IMG/VR virus record: IMGVR_UViG_3300005546_000002
Span: 31,867-95,866 of that record
DNA: 64,000 nucleotides
Strand: one strand, 5' to 3'
DNA from: a virus
Lineage: Duplodnaviria; Caudoviricetes
The notes under the pieces were generated by a model. That model was not told the origin of the DNA. It made no database searches and saw nothing but the letters and a program-made list of their open reading frames with translations. Below, piece after piece: positions 1 to 8,036 of this stretch. Within the stretch, counting starts at the first letter, position 1, and each line of letters starts with the position of its first letter. The position numbers were made by a program, and so were the translations under genes.

Positions 1-1045
1 CTTTTAACTGCCAAGCGTTCTCTCCTATAGCATCGCGCTTATCAGTAAAACCAGAAGGGAATCGAAACAGCGTAAGATAGTCAGCGAACGCTACATCTAA
101 CCCGTATTTCATTTTATGCCGACGACACATTGCTCGGAATTCAGCTACACCAATCCCCGGCTTGTCGCACATCGCGTAACGCATGCCCCACTGATCGAAC
201 GAGCGAAGCGCTCCGTAAACCGCCCCTTGATCGTACTGACCACTTCGCATCCGAAACGTATCAACCGGCCCTTCTTTTCCAAGATTTTTAGCGGCCAATC
301 GCTTCCCCGGAGCCTCGCCACACCATATTATCAGATTCTCCTTCCCGCGCTTCGCGATATTATGCGCCATATTAGTCATCAAAGTTGTTTTTCCTATAGA
401 GACGCGAGCAGCAATCACAGTCAATTCTTGCCGTTGCAATCCCAACGTGCGCCCGTCGAACCCGTAGTAACCCGTTGCTATTCCGGTGATCCGATCTCCG
501 CTGTCCCGCGCAAGATTCGCCTCATATATTGCTTCTTCTGCGTAATGCAAGAGCGGCTTGGGCTCCGCTAGATCGGGCTCCGTCATCGCCAAGCTGCTCA
601 TCCTTGCCTCTGCCTTACTTCCCAACTCAGGATCGTCCGGGTCTTCAAAGTTCTCAGCTATAATCTGGTTCGCCGCCGTAATCCTCTTCCGGGCCTGCGA
701 CCGCCGCTTGATTACCTTACAATACGGCTCAATAAAATCCGTGGCCGGAACTCCGTCTATTAACTTAGAGATGTACGTCGCACCGCCAATTTGCTCAAAC
801 TCCCCGCGCTTACGCAACTCGTCCTCAAGCGACGTTAACTCAATAGGAATCCCATGCTCGAATAACCATATCGACGCGTCGTAAATCCGGCGATGAGAGT
901 CAAGAAAGAAGTCGTCTCGCGCAAGCAGCGCCTTAGCCTCTTCGCAGACCTCGTTTCGAAGCAACAGCGCTCCTAGTACCGCCCGCTCCATATCAGGCGC
1001 AGCGGGCAAACCTTTGTCAAAAAAGGGATCATCGCTATGCGCCAT
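1..1045 (-). CDS. dnaB: Replicative DNA helicase DnaB (3' end outside window)
   Basis: Not in the ORF track. Manual translation from ATG 1045 stays open to the edge: N-domain DMERAVLGALL/DDFFLDSHRRIY/IGGATYISKL, Walker A AARVSIGKT, Walker B DVAFADYL. Confidence 0.95.
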   Translation of the reverse strand, partial: MAHSDDPFFDKGLPAAPDMERAVLGALLLRNEVCEEAKALLARDDFFLDSHRRIYDASIWLFEHGIPIELTSLEDELRKRGEFEQIGGATYISKLIDGVPATDFIEPYCKVIKRRSQARKRITAANQIIAENFEDPDDPELGSKAEARMSSLAMTEPDLAEPKPLLHYAEEAIYEANLARDSGDRITGIATGYYGFDGRTLGLQRQELTVIAARVSIGKTTLMTNMAHNIAKRGKENLIIWCGEAPGKRLAAKNLGKEGPVDTFRMRSGQYDQGAVYGALRSFDQWGMRYAMCDKPGIGVAEFRAMCRRHKMKYGLDVAFADYLTLFRFPSGFTDKRDAIGENAWQLK

Positions 1046-1643
1046 TATTCCGCCCTCTTATCTCAGAGAAGATATCCGAATATTGCTCAGCCCCTTCATT
1101 TCCGGTGCTCAGGCTTTGCCTCTCTCTCTTTGCTCTCCGCGCCGTTTCCATAAATCGTTCCACGTGGGCCGCGTCCCTACAGATCAGCTCTATATCGTCT
1201 TGGTGGTTATTCTGCGCCCAAGGATCAAGCGAGGCTCCGAGGCTCGCCAGCTTCAGGTCTTCTACTGACCGTCCCGCTCGTATCAACTGCCTGCCAATCG
1301 CGTTCGCTCGCTTCTTATCCAACTGAGCGCCCGGATGCTTGCAGACATCCTTCCAGTATTCAAATACCTCTTTGATATCCGAAGACCCGTTGCTGGAAGC
1401 TCGTGACTCAAGAGCGTCCAGGTCAACCTTCAAGAGCGGGTCGTGAAATAGATTATCAGCGACAGGAGTCACGTTGACGCGACTTTCGAACAGAGGAAGG
1501 AGCGCCGTTGCTATGTCTTCTTGTTTGACCTGAAACTTCTGAATACAGTCGCAGCAAGCCCCGGAGAAGAAGCAATCTAACTGCGCTTCTGATTCCACGT
1601 CCCATTGACGACGACAGATAACGCAGGTAAAGACGTGGTTCAT
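1035..1643 (-). CDS. Phage replication initiator / replisome organiser-like protein
   Basis: C-terminal IKEVFEYWK...LDKKR...DDIELICRD..HVERF pattern; N-terminal Cys cluster; directly upstream of dnaB; ATG 1643 chosen as start. Confidence 0.7.
   Translation of the reverse strand: MNHVFTCVICRRQWDVESEAQLDCFFSGACCDCIQKFQVKQEDIATALLPLFESRVNVTPVADNLFHDPLLKVDLDALESRASSNGSSDIKEVFEYWKDVCKHPGAQLDKKRANAIGRQLIRAGRSVEDLKLASLGASLDPWAQNNHQDDIELICRDAAHVERFMETARRAKRERQSLSTGNEGAEQYSDIFSEIRGRNNGA
1468..1483. repeat. 16-bp palindrome copy 1 (variant, in CDS)
   Basis: GTCACGTTGACGCGAC. Confidence 0.9.
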
Positions 1644-1921
1644 TTCTTTGGTCCGAAGTCTTTTTCTGAGTAAGTATCTGGCGCGTCGAGTGGTATTCCC
1701 AAGATGCGCCGCACTTCCGGGGTGTCGGTGAACGCAAACTTCGGCGGGCAAATTGAACGGCTAATTAGATTAGCCTGTAGTACGCCCTCTGCTTCGTCGC
1801 TTCGGTCAGTCACCTGCATCCACATGCGTTCCCGTGTGATGCGAATACCTCTCGGTCCTATCGCTGGCTCGATCTTTGTTCCATCATAATCTTTATCGAC
1901 CATCGGTTTCTCCAAAATCAA
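1640..1921 (-). CDS. Hypothetical protein
   Basis: Stop overlaps the initiator start (ATGA); start uncertain. Confidence 0.55.
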   Translation of the reverse strand: MILEKPMVDKDYDGTKIEPAIGPRGIRITRERMWMQVTDRSDEAEGVLQANLISRSICPPKFAFTDTPEVRRILGIPLDAPDTYSEKDFGPKK

Positions 1922-2171
1922 AAAGACTCGAAAGCGCTTTCTTCGGGCGTGCTAGCACGGCGTTTGACGACGATAGGGAGATTACCGACTTGTAGTGGGA
2001 ACCAAGGCAGGTAACTCTCCGTGCATCGCGACGCCCGAAGAAAACAATTTCAAGTCTCTTCCCACTCAAGCTCTTTTGGGCTCCCTTCCCCGTTTCAAAC
2101 GAATCACGCTGAGTCGTCAAGTCTAAACGTGATGGAAAAGATTCTACTCTGAAACAACAAGTAAAGTCAAG

Positions 2172-2471
2172 TCAAGGATGAATTCCTTGGCTCCATTGAC
2201 GCCGCAATTCGTCTTCATGATCTCCGGTTTCATGTTCGGCCCGGATACAGCGGGTCTGAGAAATGCTTAGAGCGTTACACAGCTTAATGCCATACACGCT
2301 CTCAGAGAATCTCCGAAACGATTCGAGCGAGCATTCCCAGCGTCCTATAGGCAAGCCGGTTTGCGTGTCGATTACGTTATCTACCGGCGCTCGAAAGACC
2401 TGCTTGGACTGAACGTAATAAACCAGCCCGTCTTTTTCCGTGATCACGCCGTACACCGGCCCGCTGCTCAT
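2172..2471 (-). CDS. Hypothetical protein
   Basis: GGAGG RBS; coupled to upstream ORF. Confidence 0.65.
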   Translation of the reverse strand: MSSGPVYGVITEKDGLVYYVQSKQVFRAPVDNVIDTQTGLPIGRWECSLESFRRFSESVYGIKLCNALSISQTRCIRAEHETGDHEDELRRQWSQGIHP

Positions 2472-2641
2472 GCAACCTCCAACCGAACCGGAGTTATCCG
2501 AGTATGGAGCGGAAAGGACTCGGCATGCGCCCGAACAGCCTTCTCGCCCTCGTGAAACGAACTACGGTCGCCTTCGCATTGCTCACAGTGAACCGCATTC
2601 GCTTCCGATTGTTTGCATTCAACGAAGATTGCTTTGCTCAT
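2468..2641 (-). CDS. Small hypothetical protein (57 aa, MSKAIFVECKQ...)
   Basis: Manual translation; AAGGGAGAA RBS downstream of promoter 2673-2701. Confidence 0.65.
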   Translation of the reverse strand: MSKAIFVECKQSEANAVHCEQCEGDRSSFHEGEKAVRAHAESFPLHTRITPVRLEVA

Positions 2642-2672
2642 ATCTTTCTCCCTTTCTTTGTCGTCAAGAGAG

Positions 2673-2701
2673 AGTATAGCCGAACCCAGTTAGGATGTCA
2701 A
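2673..2701 (-). promoter_or_regulatory. Sigma70-type promoter, class I
   Basis: AATAATTC-TTGACA-N17-TATACT. Confidence 0.85.
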
Positions 2702-2716
2702 GAATTATTTTTCACC

Positions 2717-2732
2717 GTCACGTTAACGTGAC
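2717..2732. repeat. 16-bp palindrome copy 2
   Basis: GTCACGTTAACGTGAC. Confidence 0.95.
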
Positions 2733-2763
2733 TTTCCCGCGACTGTGGGGATTAGAAGAGGTT

Positions 2764-2835
2764 AGGCGGTTCGAGTTTTGCAAGTCTTGTTCAGAGATAT
2801 GCAGGAAGCCTTTGGGAAGGCAGCCCGAACCGCCT
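2764..2835 (-). ncRNA. Candidate structured RNA (three-way junction)
   Basis: Closing stem AGGCGGTTCG/CGAACCGCCT encloses two hairpins; downstream of promoter 2877-2905. Confidence 0.4.
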
Positions 2836-2876
2836 TTGGATTATGCTCTTGACCGGACGCATGATCCGACCTGAAA

Positions 2877-2905
2877 ATTATACCTGACTCGCCGTCCGAA
2901 CGCAA
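2877..2905 (-). promoter_or_regulatory. Leftward promoter
   Basis: TTGCGT-N17-TATAAT. Confidence 0.7.
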
Positions 2906-2919
2906 GGTAATTTTTAGGC

Positions 2920-2948
2920 TTGACCTAACCCGCTTACTCGGGTATAGT
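2920..2948 (+). promoter_or_regulatory. Rightward promoter
   Basis: TTGACC-N17-TATAGT. Confidence 0.75.
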
Positions 2949-2951
2949 TAC

Positions 2952-3335
2952 CGCCGTTCAGAGGTATCGTGGGAAGAATCAACAAACAACCACATAGCAA
3001 CGAACCACGGCGAACGGCGTAGCGCCTATCGGTACCCGTGCGGTCTCTTTTCAATCTGCGCGCCCCTCAGTTACTCGCGCAACGTGCGTTGGCTAGAGCT
3101 TGCGCCAATAAACTCAGATGCAGCCGCGAAATCGAATAATAGCGGGAAACACGGATATGCCACCGCGCTGCTGTTGCGTAGCGGTCTGAGCCTGCTTCAT
3201 CGAAGCGCACGATAAACATTCGGGCCGGTCGCAATCGGGCTCCGCGATCAAGCCGTATCGGTGACAAGGCGAACGTCAAAACCGGGCCGACAGAACTCGG
3301 GTTGTTACGGTAGAGCTACTGGCTAGCTCTCCGTC
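2952..3335 (+). ncRNA. Candidate ~380-nt structured non-coding RNA
   Basis: Follows a promoter; no convincing + strand ORF; many nested stems and a terminal hairpin. Confidence 0.45.
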
Positions 3336-3346
3336 TGCCAAGCCTC

Positions 3347-3375
3347 TTGAATCTGGGTTGCTACCCTGATAAGCT
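3347..3375 (+). promoter_or_regulatory. Promoter for a leaderless mRNA
   Basis: TTGAAT-N17-TAAGCT with TG extension; ATG 7 nt after the -10. Confidence 0.55.
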
Positions 3376-3382
3376 CTCGCGA

Positions 3383-3832
3383 ATGGAAGCCTACCGAATA
3401 TGGAACGGATCGGACGGAGCCGCTACAACCGAATTCTATAACCGACTCAAGCAACGCGGTCCAGCCGGAGAAATAGCCGTCGCCCTCTTCCGGGCGAATA
3501 AGAACTCCGCTCGGGCTAAGGTCTACCGGGGCGGAATCCGGGGCAAGGGCTCCTATAGGAGTATGGCCTACGAGCGCAAGGACTGGTCCTTAGAGCAACT
3601 TTGTATAGCCCTTGAGCAACACTCTGGGATTCTAGGTATCATCTGGGGATGGAGCTTAGATACGTCTCAGCCGATCCATAATCAGGTTCTCTATCTTGAT
3701 ATCCCGGATATCGGACAAGTCAGCTTCCATACAAAGACCCGGCTGCGCGGGCCTGAGTATCCCGGACGGTGGGACGGAACTCGATTGAGCACCGAACGTA
3801 TTTGTCGGCTTTGTGAAATCACGTTGACGTGA
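3383..3832 (+). CDS. Conserved phage protein with VLYLD.P..GQVSFH...WDG motif (WDGH-domain-like)
   Basis: Motif recognition; stop codon lies inside palindrome 3818-3833. Confidence 0.7.
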   Translation: MEAYRIWNGSDGAATTEFYNRLKQRGPAGEIAVALFRANKNSARAKVYRGGIRGKGSYRSMAYERKDWSLEQLCIALEQHSGILGIIWGWSLDTSQPIHNQVLYLDIPDIGQVSFHTKTRLRGPEYPGRWDGTRLSTERICRLCEITLT

Positions 3833-3833
3833 C
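3818..3833. repeat. 16-bp palindrome copy 3 (holds both stops of convergent genes)
   Basis: ATCACGTTGACGTGAC. Confidence 0.95.
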
Positions 3834-4088
3834 TTTCTTCGCTCCAATCTTTTCCTTGTAGATAAACTCCACGCATGGCGGACCCGTTCTGTAGACCACC
3901 CGGTCCTTCTTCTCGTTCAGGTATCGCACCTTCTTACCCGTTCGTTCGATCTTACCCTGTCGCGCTAGGGCGGCAAGGTAACGTCCGATATTGTACTGAG
4001 AAATGCCAGTAGCCGCTACAACGTCTATCACTGTGCAGCCCGAGCCGAACTCTTTCACCGCCTGTAGCACTCGTTTAATCTCCGACAT
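3819..4088 (-). CDS. Winged helix-turn-helix DNA-binding protein
   Basis: TVIDVVAATGISQYNIGRYLAALARQGKIERTG; AGGAG RBS. Confidence 0.8.
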   Translation of the reverse strand: MSEIKRVLQAVKEFGSGCTVIDVVAATGISQYNIGRYLAALARQGKIERTGKKVRYLNEKKDRVVYRTGPPCVEFIYKEKIGAKKVTST

Positions 4089-4161
4089 AATCTCTCCTAA
4101 AGAAAAAGGCCCGGACTCCGCTGAGCCCGAGCCGCGAACATCAGTCTGTTTTTGTTAGGAC

Positions 4162-5739
4162 TCAGCTCTTTTTGGCCTTCTTGCCTTTCTTGGAGCCTTT
4201 CTTTGCGTTCTTTGCTGCCCCGCCGCCTTTGGTCGGCTTCGGGTGAGCCACGATACCGCGCTCCGCGTTGTCTTCCTGCTCCGACTTGTCCGCCTTTTCG
4301 AGCAACGCCTGTGCTTCCTGTTCCAGAACAGCCGCTCTCTCAAGGTCTTCCGGCGTGTTGCCCTCGCGCAGCACATTCGCCGAACGAAGTTTGTTTGCCG
4401 CCTGCGCTCTCCATTCCTTGCGATCTTCCTTGTTCTTGTCGTACTTCTTCTTGTTCGTCTGAGCCAGTTCGGCCTTCCACGCATTCACGTCCTCGCGAAT
4501 CGACTTTGCCGACGCCCCCTCGTGAATCGCCTTCTGGAACTGTTCGCGATCCTCCGCCGAGATACCCTCTAGCACCGTCTCGATGTCCGCGAGGCGCTTT
4601 TCATTGTCGCGCAGTGTCTTACCCGCTGCTCGAATCTCAGCCTTGATATCCGACAGTTTCTTCGGGGTCTCGCCGTCCAGCATCGCCAAGAACTTATTGC
4701 GATCTTCCGGCTTGACGATCTTCTGAGTGTTGAGAGCCTCCTGCACTGCCGTTCGATTGCCCTCTTTCTTCAAGAAAGCGTCGGCCTCTGCCTTTACATC
4801 CTTGATCGACACGCCAGAAGCGACTTTCTCTCGGAACCGATCTCGATGATCTTCGGGAATGGTCTCAAGCAGCTTATCCAACGCATCCGCCGCCGCCTGA
4901 ACCTCTTTGTACTTCTTGACCGCACCCTTGATCCCGGCTATCGGGACGCCCTGAGCGAACAATTCCGCAAACTGCGCTTGATCCGCTGGCGGAACATCGC
5001 CCATCAGCGTCTTGAACGCATCTTTCCGCTCGCGCTCCGCCTTCTGCGCAGCATACTTCGGCTGCGTGTAGCACTTCAGAGCCTCATCGAATTGAGCGAC
5101 GGCTTCTTTCTTCGCAGCGGGCACATAATCCTTGATCGCCTCTTTCGGCTCCGGGGCTCGGAACGAAAAAGAAAAGTGAAACGCGGGCTGCTTTTCTTCC
5201 GGCACGCCCGGCGCAGCGGCCTCGCCTGTCTTTGCAATCTCAGACAGATACGTTTTCTTTGCCGTCTTGAATTCGGCGACGGTCAGCGGTCTGCGCTCGC
5301 CGTTTGTCCCAATCGTACCCTCTGCAGCCATCGCGAGCAACGCTGCCTGATCTTTCGGCTGATCCTTCAGGTTCGCTACCTCGTAATGGATGTCAAAGGC
5401 GATTTCGGGATTCCAAAGGTCTTTCGGAACGTTGTCCACGACATACAGGACGTTCTTCAACCGCTGGAACTTCATCCCGAAAATGTCGTAGACCTGAGAA
5501 GCCATCTCACCGACTTTTAGCTCCGAAGCCCGGACGAACGTCCCGATCACGAACGGACGGGACTTGTCAATGAACTCGTACCCCTTTGCGATCCGTTCGC
5601 CTTCCTGTTTCACCAAATCCGGGGTAAGCTCGACACCTTCGTCAAACTCATACCCCTTATCGGTGATGCTCCCAAACTGCAATCTGTATTCGCTCGGTGC
5701 CAGCGCGTGCGAGCCCCGAGTCGTTATAGCCTGCGTCAT
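4162..5739 (-). CDS. LmbU/ParB-HTH-like DNA-binding protein with four helical repeats and Lys-rich tail
   Basis: FVIGTFV...GMKFQRLKNVLYVV...IAFDIHYEVANL...Q..LL resembles the LmbU pattern (WxIGDW...YQTLRNxxWVA...LSFxHHxEVAxL); repeats L..(I/V)..EDR..F.....G.S...I; tail AKKGSKKGKKAKKS. Confidence 0.6.
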   Translation of the reverse strand: MTQAITTRGSHALAPSEYRLQFGSITDKGYEFDEGVELTPDLVKQEGERIAKGYEFIDKSRPFVIGTFVRASELKVGEMASQVYDIFGMKFQRLKNVLYVVDNVPKDLWNPEIAFDIHYEVANLKDQPKDQAALLAMAAEGTIGTNGERRPLTVAEFKTAKKTYLSEIAKTGEAAAPGVPEEKQPAFHFSFSFRAPEPKEAIKDYVPAAKKEAVAQFDEALKCYTQPKYAAQKAERERKDAFKTLMGDVPPADQAQFAELFAQGVPIAGIKGAVKKYKEVQAAADALDKLLETIPEDHRDRFREKVASGVSIKDVKAEADAFLKKEGNRTAVQEALNTQKIVKPEDRNKFLAMLDGETPKKLSDIKAEIRAAGKTLRDNEKRLADIETVLEGISAEDREQFQKAIHEGASAKSIREDVNAWKAELAQTNKKKYDKNKEDRKEWRAQAANKLRSANVLREGNTPEDLERAAVLEQEAQALLEKADKSEQEDNAERGIVAHPKPTKGGGAAKNAKKGSKKGKKAKKS

Positions 5740-5763
5740 GAGTAATCTCCCTATCTTCCAGCA

Positions 5764-5779
5764 ATCACGTCAACGTGAC
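5764..5779. repeat. 16-bp palindrome copy 4
   Basis: ATCACGTCAACGTGAC. Confidence 0.95.
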
Positions 5780-6195
5780 TCTGTACTTTTCGATCCGTAT
5801 CTTAATCGGGTCATCAATCGAACTCCGTCAAGATGCGGGCATTGTTGTTTGATGGAGAACTTCGGACACTGACAACTGCTTAGGTCCTCTGGAATCTCGT
5901 ACCATTCTCCACCCGATCCCAGAACCCGCCAACCGTTTTCCGTCTTCTCCGTGCGAAGCAACCGCACGAGAATCCCTAGCGGGCTCTCTGTTTTCAAATA
6001 CTCGCATAAGGTTTTGTAATTCGCTTCCTCTGATGCGGCCAACCGATGTTGTCGCTCTGCGTCTTTTGTATTATCGACCTTGATCTTATGTTTTGATTCG
6101 TTCTCTAAAAATTCGGCCAGCAACAAGTCAAGCAATCCCCGCTGGCGCTCCGAGTGTTTTACAAGCTGCTGGATTCTGTTTTCGACCTTGCTCAT
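5770..6195 (-). CDS. SWIM zinc-finger protein
   Basis: YEI...CQCPKF....CPH (CxC-xn-CxH). Confidence 0.8.
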   Translation of the reverse strand: MSKVENRIQQLVKHSERQRGLLDLLLAEFLENESKHKIKVDNTKDAERQHRLAASEEANYKTLCEYLKTESPLGILVRLLRTEKTENGWRVLGSGGEWYEIPEDLSSCQCPKFSIKQQCPHLDGVRLMTRLRYGSKSTESR

Positions 6196-6401
6196 CTAAC
6201 CCTCTTCTTCTTACGCGGTAGGTCCTTTGGAGCAATTCTGTCGAACTCTCTCAGCGCCGACTCTCGTAGCGGCTCGGAGAGTCGGGCGGCTCCCAGCGCT
6301 CGGTCAAACTTTCCTCGGAGCAGGCTGAGATGTATCCGGCTTGAAGCCCTGCGAGCCTGACTTAACAACGACCGAACGTTATGACTTGTAGTTGTAAGCA
6401 T
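6192..6401 (-). CDS. Small basic hypothetical protein
   Basis: RBS and class I promoter upstream. Confidence 0.6.
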   Translation of the reverse strand: MLTTTSHNVRSLLSQARRASSRIHLSLLRGKFDRALGAARLSEPLRESALREFDRIAPKDLPRKKKRVR

Positions 6402-6440
6402 TTAGCTTTCCTTCTCCCCTTTTGTCGTTCAACAGAACCG

Positions 6441-6469
6441 AGTATCGTTGATTTCAATTTTAATGTCAA
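6441..6469 (-). promoter_or_regulatory. Sigma70-type promoter, class I
   Basis: AATAATTC-TTGACA-N17-GATACT. Confidence 0.75.
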
Positions 6470-6479
6470 GAATTATTTT

Positions 6480-6495
6480 GTCACGTTGACGTGAC
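6480..6495. repeat. 16-bp palindrome copy 5
   Basis: GTCACGTTGACGTGAC. Confidence 0.95.
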
Positions 6496-6555
6496 TTTTG
6501 ACCCGGATTTCCGGTAACTTGTCAAAGAAAAAGAATTACAGGCGGAAAATTATTT

Positions 6556-7155
6556 TTAGGAGGGAGGGAGATCGGGCAGTACGATTCTGCCAATCTTGCT
6601 AAATATCTGAACGAATTTCGCCGGGTCCGCGCCGAAATATACGAACGTCTGTCCGCGCTTCGCCTGTCCGCCAACGGTCCCATCGTGCTTGATAAACTTG
6701 ATTCGATCCCGCGCAAGACAGACCGGATATCTGACCCAGAGGTTCTCATACCACCTATAGCCATGAGTCGAGTTAATCAGCAAGATGCCCTGCTTGAAGT
6801 GTCCAGCCTCGTATTCAGCGGCCATCTTTTGCGACCATAGAGCCTGATTGCTTCCCGCCTCCGACTTACCATAGGGCGGATTGCAGAAGACGGTTGCTCG
6901 AAGATTCCAGCTCGCCTCTAGCCCTTTCTGCGAATAGTAGCTTTGGGCTTTAATCCATTCTTGAGGCGCTCTATCGCTCGCAGGATCAAGGCCGATCTCG
7001 CCCAGAACCTCTCGCACCATCTCGATTATATACGGAGGCGTGTACCATGACTGCGATTCATGGCTCGTAAGGACAGACATCGGCTGGCCCATTACAGGCC
7101 GCTCCAACGCAGCTAGCAGCTCGATGTTCTTCTGTATCTGCGCTCGGTTTTCCAT
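6556..7155 (-). CDS. Phage DNA N6-adenine methyltransferase (Dam-like)
   Basis: WYTPP, LDPAS, VFCNPPY, RIKF motifs; start MENRAQ. Confidence 0.9.
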   Translation of the reverse strand: MENRAQIQKNIELLAALERPVMGQPMSVLTSHESQSWYTPPYIIEMVREVLGEIGLDPASDRAPQEWIKAQSYYSQKGLEASWNLRATVFCNPPYGKSEAGSNQALWSQKMAAEYEAGHFKQGILLINSTHGYRWYENLWVRYPVCLARDRIKFIKHDGTVGGQAKRGQTFVYFGADPAKFVQIFSKIGRIVLPDLPPS

Positions 7156-7426
7156 CACGCTATCGATTCTGCAAGTAGGTCGGCGAGTAGGTCGGCGAGC
7201 TTGCCAATTACCTTGGCAGCGCATGAAAAACAAAGCGGGACAGGGCCAATTTCTACGCATACGGGCTGACCGCAGGGTAACGACTCTCTTTCCAAGCCGG
7301 GACAGGTTACGTCGATGAACTCAGAAGGCGAAAGAGAGATATTGCCCGTTGAATGATGCACGGATACCGGCTCTGTGGCGATACGTCTAAAAGCATCTTC
7401 CCATCGCTGCGTTTTACTCATTTCGA

Positions 7427-7765
7427 TCACGCAAAATACGCTCTCGCGTTCCCTTCTTCCCGGAGCCGTTTGAACTCTGTTTCCGACTCTATCCATTGCT
7501 CTAGAGTGCCCTGTAATGACGTTTTAAGCGCGTTTAAGCGCTTTTCCAGCCATTCCCTAGTACATGCCTTGCCTTGTTCGAGAAAACGGGCTGTAGCGCA
7601 GAATTCCACGAAGTCGGCTCTAATTCGCTCGCGAGCCTCTTCCGAGGTTACAAGCCAACAGGGGATCACCGTGTTCTTCTTCGCCGCTTCTTCTCTGGCG
7701 AGGCTGAACGCTGCCATGTTTAGCAACGTAAATTCCGCCCGTTCTTCGTCGGTTAAACCCGTCAT
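7427..7765 (-). CDS. Hypothetical protein
   Basis: Coupled ORF in the early operon. Confidence 0.6.
   Translation of the reverse strand: MTGLTDEERAEFTLLNMAAFSLAREEAAKKNTVIPCWLVTSEEARERIRADFVEFCATARFLEQGKACTREWLEKRLNALKTSLQGTLEQWIESETEFKRLREEGNARAYFA
7501..7600 (+). repeat. Second dispersed element, copy A
   Basis: CTAGA-N14-CGTTTTAAG-N4-TTTAAG. Confidence 0.55.
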
Positions 7766-8007
7766 TGTCCGTCCTTTGTTTTCAGAAGTCGCTCGATGCT
7801 TCGCGTGAACGCTGATTCAGTATAAACCTCTTGAGGCCTATTAGGGAACCGGGCGCATATCAGCTCTTCCTCGCCGTCATGATACGTGCATTCCTTCTCC
7901 CATGCTTCCTCTAATAAGTCCTGCGATTGAGAAGACAACGGTTCAAGCTGCTCAACGTCTATTACAAGACAACAGACGCTGTATTGTTCTGCAAATTCAA
8001 CTCTCAT
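7762..8007 (-). CDS. Hypothetical protein
   Basis: GAGGGG RBS; ATGA overlap. Confidence 0.6.
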   Translation of the reverse strand: MRVEFAEQYSVCCLVIDVEQLEPLSSQSQDLLEEAWEKECTYHDGEEELICARFPNRPQEVYTESAFTRSIERLLKTKDGQ

Positions 8008-8036
8008 TTTCCCCTCTTTTCTGTTCCCGCTTTATC

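Noticed and set aside
116-884. + strand ORFs 116-571 and 558-884, and most other + strand ORFs in the track
   Set aside because: Antisense shadows of dnaB and other well-supported minus-strand genes.
2764-2835. Hammerhead ribozyme or tRNA
   Set aside because: No CUGANGA/GAAA core and no T-loop/CCA cloverleaf on either strand.
2952-3335. tmRNA or RNase P RNA
   Set aside because: Size fits, but the tRNA-like termini and conserved RNase P P4 motifs were not found.
7174-7199. Tandem AGTAGGTCGGCG duplication
   Set aside because: Two copies encoding LADLLADLLA; an ordinary local duplication.
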